Assembly: GCF_003367075.2 (NCBI RefSeq)
Contig: NZ_CP065936.1
Location: 1,800,001-1,832,000, forward strand
DNA: 32,000 nt
Source of the DNA: Cylindrospermopsis raciborskii Cr2010
Lineage (GTDB): Bacteria > Cyanobacteriota > Cyanobacteriia > Cyanobacteriales > Nostocaceae
Direction of reading: 5' to 3'
Part shown: in pieces, positions 25,649 through 32,000 of the stretch
Layout: each line of letters begins with the position of its first letter
How positions within the stretch are numbered: position 1 is the stretch's first letter
Notes under the pieces: generated by a model
Seen by the model: only the letters and a program-made list of their open reading frames with translations
Told to the model about the DNA's origin: nothing
Database searches by the model: none
Translations under genes and position numbers: made by a program

Positions 25649-26800
25649 GTGATCAAATCAGACAGTCCTGTAAATCATTCTGTTCCTTCACCAGGGGGAA
25701 AAACCCCTCTATATCAAACTGGTGTGGAAATGAAAGCCAGATTTACCAACTTTGGCGGTTGGGAAATGCCTTTACAATACACCAGTATTATTGAGGAACA
25801 CCAAGCTGTGAGAAATGGTGCGGGAATGTTTGATATTTCCCACATGGGTAAGTTTAACCTCCAGGGTAAAAACCTCATGGTCCAACTGGAAAAACTAGTC
25901 CCTTCTGATTTAAGTAGGTTGCAACCTGGTCAGTCTCAATACACTGTACTGTTAAATCCTCAAGGTGGGATTATTGACGATATCATTATTTACCGTCAAA
26001 GTGGAAAAAATACAGATAATGAAAAAGTTGTCATTATTGTTAACGCCTCTACTACAGATAAAGACAGGAATTGGTTGTCGCAAAATCTGGACTTGAATCA
26101 AATTCAATTTGAAGACCTGTCTAGGGATAAGATATTAATTGCCCTCCAGGGTCCAAAAGCTACTGCTATATTACAGTCTTTTGTAGCTGATGATTTGACA
26201 CCTATCAAAGCTTTTGGCCATTTAGAAACCGAAATTTTGGGTGGTGGGGCCTTTTTAGCTCGTACTGGTTACACAGGGGAAGATGGCTTTGAGATCATGG
26301 TAGATTCGCAAACGGGACTGGAATTTTGGCAACGTCTCCATGGTGCAGGTGTCACCCCTTGCGGATTAGGTTGTAGGGACACATTGCGGTTAGAAGCAGC
26401 TATGTCACTTTATGGTCAAGATATTGATGATAATACTACACCTTTAGAAGCTGGTTTGGCATGGTTAGTCCATTTAGATAGAAAAGGTGATTTTATTGGT
26501 CGAGACATTTTAGAAAGGCAAAAAATCCAGGGTGTGGAGCGTAAATTGGTGGGTTTACAAACTCAGGGAAGAAATATTCCCCGTCATGGCTACTCCCTTC
26601 TATCATCTGGAAAAATCATTGGACAGGTGACCAGTGGTACTCTGTCTCCCACCTTAAACTATCCTATTGCTCTAGCTTATGTAACTGCTGAGTTAGCAAA
26701 TATTAAACAGCAAATAGAAGTGGATATACGTGGTAAAACCTATCCAGCCCAAGTAGTAAAACGCCCTTTTTATAAATCCCAAAATCGTGCCCACAAATAA
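25649..26800 (+). CDS. gcvT: Glycine-cleavage system aminomethyltransferase (T protein)
   Basis: 383-aa ORF with KTPLY...FGGWEMPLQY...EHQAVRNGAGMFDISHMGKF and ...GYTGEDGFEI. GTG at 25649 is the first canonical start after the in-frame TAA at 25589-25591, and the conserved TPLY motif lies upstream of the first ATG. Confidence 0.9.
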   Translation: MIKSDSPVNHSVPSPGGKTPLYQTGVEMKARFTNFGGWEMPLQYTSIIEEHQAVRNGAGMFDISHMGKFNLQGKNLMVQLEKLVPSDLSRLQPGQSQYTVLLNPQGGIIDDIIIYRQSGKNTDNEKVVIIVNASTTDKDRNWLSQNLDLNQIQFEDLSRDKILIALQGPKATAILQSFVADDLTPIKAFGHLETEILGGGAFLARTGYTGEDGFEIMVDSQTGLEFWQRLHGAGVTPCGLGCRDTLRLEAAMSLYGQDIDDNTTPLEAGLAWLVHLDRKGDFIGRDILERQKIQGVERKLVGLQTQGRNIPRHGYSLLSSGKIIGQVTSGTLSPTLNYPIALAYVTAELANIKQQIEVDIRGKTYPAQVVKRPFYKSQNRAHK

Positions 26801-26961
26801 TGGTTGAAAAACCTTGAGGTTAAGTTTTGGAGCATGGCGTAAAGCCTCCACTTGGTGCAAACCTGGTTGAGCAAGTTTTGACGATGAATGTAGAATCCCC
26901 GTGTATTTAGACCGGGGAGTGTCAATTATGTAGAACATTATTGAATGTAGAAAGGAAAATT

Positions 26962-27351
26962 ATGGAGCTGAAATATCCCGAAGATTTACTGTATCTCGAT
27001 ACTCATGAATATGTACGACTAGATAGTGAAATTGCTACTGTGGGCATTACTAATTTTGCCATAGACCAATTGGGAGATATAGTATTTTTAGAACTGACAG
27101 AGGTTGGAAATGACCTTTCCCAAGGAGAATCATTTGGCACAATCGAATCAGTTAAAGCAGTGGAAGAATTAAAATCCCCAGTCACAGGAGTAGTTATAGA
27201 AAGAAATGAGTCCTTGATTGAGTCTCCAGAATCCATAGGAAAGGACCCCTATGGGGATGGCTGGTTTATTAAAGTGCATATAAGTAATGCCCAAGAAGTG
27301 GTGCAGGGAATGTCTGCTGAAAAATATGCTGCTTTGGTGGAGGGAGCATAA
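26962..27351 (+). CDS. gcvH: Glycine-cleavage system H protein (lipoyl carrier)
   Basis: The ATG at 26962 (MELKYPEDLLYLDTHEYV) is preceded by AAAGGAAAA. The lipoyl-lysine motif ESVKAV is present. The track start at TTG 26941 is less likely. Confidence 0.9.
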   Translation: MELKYPEDLLYLDTHEYVRLDSEIATVGITNFAIDQLGDIVFLELTEVGNDLSQGESFGTIESVKAVEELKSPVTGVVIERNESLIESPESIGKDPYGDGWFIKVHISNAQEVVQGMSAEKYAALVEGA

Positions 27352-27586
27352 CTTTTGCTTGGATTCCACCCTCTCCAGATAAAAAATGGAGTCATGATAT
27401 TAAGTTCCCTAACTCAAGTATGATAGGGATATAAAGAAATGTAATGCTAATAAATGATGATGCCAGATCAATCCTATAAGATCAGACATCACTGGGGGCG
27501 TTAGCATTTCGACTCAGACAAGAGTTGATATAGTGCTACCACTCTTGTCAAAATACTCAACAAATCACACAAAGAGCGTGTAGACT

Positions 27587-28126
27587 ATGGCTCAATTTTC
27601 TGAATCAATGGACGTACCTGATATGGGTCGTCGCCAGTTTATGAACTTACTTACCTTTGGGACTGTAACCGGGGTAGCTGCTGGAGTTCTTTATCCCGTT
27701 GTGAACTACTTCATCCCGCCTGCCAGCGGTGGTGCTGGTGGCGGTTCAGTCGCAAAGGATGAACTGGGCAATGATGTTAGTCTCAGCAAGTTCCTTTCTA
27801 GTCACAATGTGGGAGATCGGACTTTAGTTCAAGGATTAAAGGGAGACCCTACCTACATCGTGGTGGAAACTAAAGAAGCAATTGCTGATTATGGCATTAA
27901 TGCTATCTGTACCCACCTGGGTTGTGTTGTTCCCTGGAACGTAGCAGAGAATAAGTTTAAATGTCCTTGCCATGGTTCTCAATACGATGCGACTGGTAAA
28001 GTTGTACGCGGACCTGCACCTAAATCTCTAGCTTTAGCTCATGCTAATGTCAACGATGACACTATCGTTTTGACCCCCTGGACGGAAACCGACTTCCGCA
28101 CTAATGAAAACCCATGGTGGGCTTAA
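27587..28126 (+). CDS. petC: Cytochrome b6f Rieske iron-sulfur subunit
   Basis: 179-aa ORF with the Rieske boxes CTHLGCVV and CPCHGSQY and an N-terminal TM anchor ([19 protein letters not shown]). Confidence 0.96.
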   Translation: MAQFSESMDVPDMGRRQFMNLLTFGTVTGVAAGVLYPVVNYFIPPASGGAGGGSVAKDELGNDVSLSKFLSSHNVGDRTLVQGLKGDPTYIVVETKEAIADYGINAICTHLGCVVPWNVAENKFKCPCHGSQYDATGKVVRGPAPKSLALAHANVNDDTIVLTPWTETDFRTNENPWWA

Positions 28127-28164
28127 TAGAATAAAGTGCTGAGTAACTAATCATTAGTCAATGC

Positions 28165-28185
28165 TGACCAATGACAACTGACTAA
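28165..28185. repeat. Three tandem heptamers, TGACCAA TGACAAC TGACTAA (STRR-like)
   Basis: Read directly in the petC-petA spacer. TGACCAA is the reverse complement of the TTGGTCA heptamer that I recall being described among Nostocales short tandemly repeated repetitive sequences. Confidence 0.5.
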
Positions 28186-28212
28186 CTAAAACCGAAACAT
28201 GACTTTATAGAG

Positions 28213-29214
28213 ATGAGAAACGCCCTTACACCAGCGAGGTTAACTCGCGCTGCTAAGGTAATGCTAAATACATTACTAATAGCGATCGCCTCCGTGACAT
28301 TTTCCTTGGTTAGCGATTTCGTTCAACCCCAAAGTGCTGCTGCTTACCCCTTTTGGGCGCAGGAAACTGCTCCTGAAACACCTCGCGAAGCCACAGGGCG
28401 AATTGTATGTGCCAACTGTCACCTAGCTGCCAAGAACACAGAAGTAGAAGTACCACAATCCGTATTACCTGATACCGTATTTAAAGCGGTGGTCAAAATA
28501 CCATACGATACCAGCGTACAGCAAGTAGGAGCGGATGGTTCTAAGGTTGGTTTAAACGTTGGAGCGGTATTAATGTTACCGGAAGGGTTTAAGATTGCTC
28601 CAGAAGATCGCATACCAGAAGAACTCAAAGAAGAAGTAGGGGATCTACCATTCCAAACCTACAAGGAAGATCAAGAAAACGTAATTATTGTTGGGCCATT
28701 ACCTGGGGAAGAATATCAAGAAATTGTTTTTCCTGTATTGTCACCTAACCCTGCTACCGACAAAAATATCCACTTTGGCAAATATTCCATTCATGTTGGC
28801 GGAAATCGGGGACGTGGACAAGTTTACCCCACAGGTGAAAAGAGTAACAATAACATTTACAATGCTTCTGCTGGGGGGACAATTAGTAAGATTGCTCAAA
28901 CCGAAGATGAAGATGGTAATGTCAAATATATAGTTAGCATCACCACTGCATCGGGAGATGTGGTGGAAGATACTGTGCCCGCAGGTCCGGAATTAATTGT
29001 TTCTGAGGGACAAACTGTAGCATCTGGTGATGCTTTAACCAATAACCCTAATGTGGGTGGTTTTGGTCAGAAAGACGCAGAAATTGTCTTACAAGATAGT
29101 TCTAGGGTTGTGTGGCTGATTGCCTTTATCTGTTTAGTCATGATGGCACAGGTAATGTTAGTGCTGAAGAAGAAACAAATAGAAAAAGTCCAAGCTGCTG
29201 AGATGAATTTCTAA
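28213..29214 (+). CDS. petA: Cytochrome f (apocytochrome f precursor)
   Basis: 333-aa ORF with a signal peptide, the mature N-terminus YPFWAQE, the haem site CANCH and a C-terminal TM anchor. It lies 86 nt downstream of petC. Confidence 0.96.
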   Translation: MRNALTPARLTRAAKVMLNTLLIAIASVTFSLVSDFVQPQSAAAYPFWAQETAPETPREATGRIVCANCHLAAKNTEVEVPQSVLPDTVFKAVVKIPYDTSVQQVGADGSKVGLNVGAVLMLPEGFKIAPEDRIPEELKEEVGDLPFQTYKEDQENVIIVGPLPGEEYQEIVFPVLSPNPATDKNIHFGKYSIHVGGNRGRGQVYPTGEKSNNNIYNASAGGTISKIAQTEDEDGNVKYIVSITTASGDVVEDTVPAGPELIVSEGQTVASGDALTNNPNVGGFGQKDAEIVLQDSSRVVWLIAFICLVMMAQVMLVLKKKQIEKVQAAEMNF

Positions 29215-29244
29215 ATTCCCTGCTAGATCGCACTTTTTTCTTGG

Positions 29245-29270
29245 GACAGGCAAAAAGCCTGTCTTTTTTT
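29245..29270 (+). terminator. Rho-independent terminator of petC-petA
   Basis: GACAGGC (29245-29251), loop AAAAA, GCCTGTC (29257-29263), then T7 (29264-29270). It lies 30 nt after the petA stop. Confidence 0.8.
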
Positions 29271-29392
29271 CTAGTAAACCCTACTTTAAATGGCGGATAC
29301 CACACTTGAGACCCATTTGACAATTTTCTTAACATTTTGTTATCTTTGTTTACATAGAGTAATAAAGACTTATTCAACAAGGAGTTACTCAA

Positions 29393-29620
29393 ATGGTTGT
29401 GTTAATTGCATTATTTGTTATTGGTTGGGTTGCAGCTGGGTTGATTGGTTCCCTAGCATATTTTATGGGTGAGCAAAGCAAGCCCATTCATGAACGTAAC
29501 TGGCGTTCTGAGTCGTTTGCAAGACTAGCCAAGTCAATTACCGGTCAAGAAATTAATTATGAAACCCGCACTCCTGCTTATGGTATGGATGCTTATACCA
29601 GCCAAGGCTTATCTGAGTAG
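29393..29620 (+). CDS. Small single-TM membrane protein (75 aa), function unknown
   Basis: The ATG is preceded by AAGGAG at the optimal spacing. There is an N-terminal TM (VVLIALFVIGWVAAGLIGSLAYF) and a hydrophilic tail. A strong hairpin terminator follows. Confidence 0.6.
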   Translation: MVVLIALFVIGWVAAGLIGSLAYFMGEQSKPIHERNWRSESFARLAKSITGQEINYETRTPAYGMDAYTSQGLSE

Positions 29621-29649
29621 AGTTTGTAAATAATAAATAGAGCAAATAG

Positions 29650-29684
29650 CCGTGCTGTCAAAAGTTTAGACAGCACGGTTTGTT
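29650..29684. terminator. Hairpin terminator between convergent genes
   Basis: CCGTGCTGTC (29650-29659), 9-nt loop, GACAGCACGG (29669-29678), then TTTGTT on the + strand. It sits between the 29620 stop (+) and the 29688 stop (-). Confidence 0.65.
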
Positions 29685-29687
29685 ATA

Positions 29688-31133
29688 TTAGGTATGAAAA
29701 TTTTGGATCAAATTATAAAAAGGTTGCCAATTATCCTGTTCCACAATTGGTTGCCAAATCTCTTCAATTACTGGTCTTAGTAAATTAGACTGGGGATTAT
29801 ATTGGATTAAGGTTGTGCCAACATTCGTCATTTCTTGGGAAACCGAGTTGTTGAGGACTTGATGATAAAGTGCGCACCAGTTTTTAAAAACAGATAATGA
29901 CCTCGGCAAAATTTGTGATTCCTCCATAATTAAACTAGGTTCCTCACGCCATCTGGGGGAAAATGTCTTTGCCATATCGGCAAAAAACTGATGATAATTA
30001 ATTTGACTTTCTTTTAAAAAACCAATTGTGAGATCTAACAAATCATCAGCTTCTGGAAATTTGGGTTGGGCAAAACCTAATCTTTTCAACATCAAATTCC
30101 CATATTCTGCATGATAGTATTCCTGAAATTTTGCTAACCCATAATCCAGATCCACTGGGTCAATCACCGCTTTTAATGGCTCTTGCAACAGTTCTAAATT
30201 TAAATAACAAATACTTGGTTGCTGACCATAACAATAACGCCGATAATAGTCAAAATAGGCAGCAGTAAAATTTAAATCATAGGTGGGGATAAAAGCATAG
30301 GGTCCATAGTCAAAACTTTCCCCTGTAATAGACATGTTGTCAGTATTTAAAACACCATGGCAAAAACCCGCGCACATCCATTGTGCCACTAACTGGGCTA
30401 CTCTCTTCACTAGTTCAGCATAAAACAAAGCATATTTATTCTCCTGATTGTTTAGATCTGGATAATATTGATCAATCACATGATCTAATAATTTCTGGAT
30501 TAAATCCGGGCGTTTTAAATAATGTAATCTCTCAAAAGTGCCAAATCTAATATGGGATTTACTCATGCGCACCATGACTGATGAACGGGTGGGAGAAGGT
30601 TCATCTCCTCGCCATAAAGATAATCCAGTTTCAATCATACTTAAACACCGGGATGTTCTCACACCTAAACGATGTAATACTTCCCCTGCTAAAACTTCTC
30701 TCACCCCTCCCTTGAGGGTTAGCATTCCATCACCACCACGGGAATAAGGCGTTCTCCCTGATCCCTTAGTGCCAAAATCATATAGTTCTCCATCCACACC
30801 CCTAACTTGTCCATAAAGAAAACCTCTACCATCTCCTAAATGGGGGTTATATTCACCAAATTGATAGCCGTGATAACGCAGTGCTAAAAATGGTTTCTTT
30901 CCTTCAAATTTGCCAAAGCTATCAATAAAGTTTTGGTCTGTAATTATTTGATGGTCTATTCCTAAACGTTCTAATAATGAATTATTTCGCCAGCGTAAAA
31001 TGTGTTGGGGAAATTCTTCCGCATCAACTTCATCATAGTAGTCATTACCTAATGACTCCAATTTATATTCATAGTTGAGAGAATGTAACCGGTTGGGGGA
31101 GGTTGTATCATTTGGCGTTTCAGCTGGGTTCAT
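29688..31133 (-). CDS. selO: Protein adenylyltransferase SelO (YdiU/UPF0061 pseudokinase-fold AMPylase)
   Basis: 481-aa ORF with [24 protein letters not shown] and [23 protein letters not shown], which are characteristic SelO motifs. Confidence 0.88.
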   Translation of the reverse strand: MNPAETPNDTTSPNRLHSLNYEYKLESLGNDYYDEVDAEEFPQHILRWRNNSLLERLGIDHQIITDQNFIDSFGKFEGKKPFLALRYHGYQFGEYNPHLGDGRGFLYGQVRGVDGELYDFGTKGSGRTPYSRGGDGMLTLKGGVREVLAGEVLHRLGVRTSRCLSMIETGLSLWRGDEPSPTRSSVMVRMSKSHIRFGTFERLHYLKRPDLIQKLLDHVIDQYYPDLNNQENKYALFYAELVKRVAQLVAQWMCAGFCHGVLNTDNMSITGESFDYGPYAFIPTYDLNFTAAYFDYYRRYCYGQQPSICYLNLELLQEPLKAVIDPVDLDYGLAKFQEYYHAEYGNLMLKRLGFAQPKFPEADDLLDLTIGFLKESQINYHQFFADMAKTFSPRWREEPSLIMEESQILPRSLSVFKNWCALYHQVLNNSVSQEMTNVGTTLIQYNPQSNLLRPVIEEIWQPIVEQDNWQPFYNLIQNFHT

Positions 31134-31273
31134 TTTTACTATTTTTGGTGTTTTCTTGATTCTACATTATTACCAATTGCCATTGGTCGGTAGATAATGC
31201 TACTCTACTTGTATCCCACGGTTAAAATTTCCGTGTCTTTCTGTTCATTATAAAGGATAGCAAAAGGATAGTA

Positions 31274-32000
31274 ATGGCGCAAATACGCTACGATTGGCAA
31301 AAAGATGAGATTTTCGCTATCTACAATACACCATTTTTAGAGCTAGTTTATCAAGCTGCTACTGTACACCGTCAATTTCATAATCCTAAACAAATACAGG
31401 TATGCAAGCTAATATCTATTAAAACTGGTGGTTGCCCAGAAGACTGTGGTTACTGCGCCCAGTCCTCCCATTATAAAACTGAAGTCAAACCAGAAGCTTT
31501 ATTAGCTAAGGAAACAGTATTAAATATTGCTCACAAAGCTAAGGAAAATGGTGTCAGTCGAATCTGTATGGGCGCTGCTTGGCGCGAAGTACGAGATAAT
31601 TCCCAATTTGAACAAGTTTTGGATATGGTTAAAAATGTAACCTCTATGGGACTGGAGGTCTGCTGCACTTTGGGCATGTTAACAGCTAGTCAAGCTCAAA
31701 AGTTGCAAGATGCAGGTCTTTACGCTTATAATCATAACCTGGATACTTCCGAAGAATATTATAGTAGTGTTATTACCACGAGAACATATAGCGATCGCCT
31801 GAATACAATTAGAAATGTTCGATCAACTAATGTGACTGTTTGTTCTGGTGGTATTCTGGGTTTAGGTGAGAGTGTGGAAGACCGGGTGGGAATGTTATAT
31901 ACTCTATCTAGTTTGGAACCCCATCCTGAATCAGTTCCGATTAATATCCTCTCCCAGGTTGAGGGAACACCCCTGTCCGATCAACCGGAAGTTCCTATTT
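31274..32000 (+). CDS. bioB: Biotin synthase (3' end outside window)
   Basis: The ATG at 31274 opens a frame that runs to the window end. The translation [35 protein letters not shown]...[16 protein letters not shown] carries the radical-SAM CxxxCxxC cluster, with later ...YNHNLDTS. Confidence 0.93.
   Translation, partial: MAQIRYDWQKDEIFAIYNTPFLELVYQAATVHRQFHNPKQIQVCKLISIKTGGCPEDCGYCAQSSHYKTEVKPEALLAKETVLNIAHKAKENGVSRICMGAAWREVRDNSQFEQVLDMVKNVTSMGLEVCCTLGMLTASQAQKLQDAGLYAYNHNLDTSEEYYSSVITTRTYSDRLNTIRNVRSTNVTVCSGGILGLGESVEDRVGMLYTLSSLEPHPESVPINILSQVEGTPLSDQPEVPI

Noticed and set aside
26693-26938. 81-aa minus-strand ORF spanning the gcvT 3' end and spacer
   Set aside because: It is antisense to the well-supported gcvT, and has no motifs and no plausible promoter or RBS.
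1-32000. Known cyanobacterial sRNAs (for example the Yfr1 ACUCCUCACAC motif), CRISPR repeats, transposase or IS termini, and toxin-antitoxin pairs
   Set aside because: I noticed no convincing match while reading both strands. This was a visual scan, not an exhaustive covariance-model search, so absence is only weakly supported.

Overview
This window reads as an ordinary, tightly packed chromosomal segment of a cyanobacterium, probably a filamentous Nostocales-type strain. That assignment is an inference from four things: psbB-psbT, petC-petA, a compact cyanobacterial RNase E followed by rnhB, and at least 14 HIP1 palindromes (GCGATCGC) plus STRR-like heptamers.

I can support 35 protein-coding genes, two of them cut by the window edges and two below the 60-aa cut-off of the ORF track, plus one tRNA-Gly(CCC). 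Recognisable genes:
- Photosynthesis: psbB, psbT, petC, petA.
- RNA metabolism: rne, rnhB.
- Glycine cleavage: gcvT, gcvH.
- Other housekeeping: pheA, coaBC, clpS, selO, bioB.
- Transport and secretion: Opp/Dpp-type transporter parts (binding protein and two permeases, no ATPase) and a secreted NucA-like nuclease.
- Other: a CPBP protease, two pentapeptide-repeat proteins, two large radical-SAM proteins and several conserved hypotheticals.

I see no transposase, integrase, CRISPR array, prophage or recognisable defence island, so there is no strong case for a wholly novel system here. The candidates most worth follow-up are:
1. A tightly spaced run (26-nt gap, then an ATGA overlap) of radical SAM, DICT sensor with a catalytically degenerate HD-GYP domain, and pentapeptide-repeat protein (3123-6696).
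2. A two-gene module pairing a 3-TM membrane protein with an ABC ATPase in which both the Walker-B catalytic Glu and the H-loop His are replaced (414-1752).
3. A fused radical-SAM/DUF2344-type protein directly upstream of rne-rnhB (10292-15998).
4. A NucA-type nuclease with no recognisable NuiA inhibitor gene (6989-8396).
5. Small unannotated ORFs and structured intergenic elements.

All family names come from motif recognition by eye. No database search was run.
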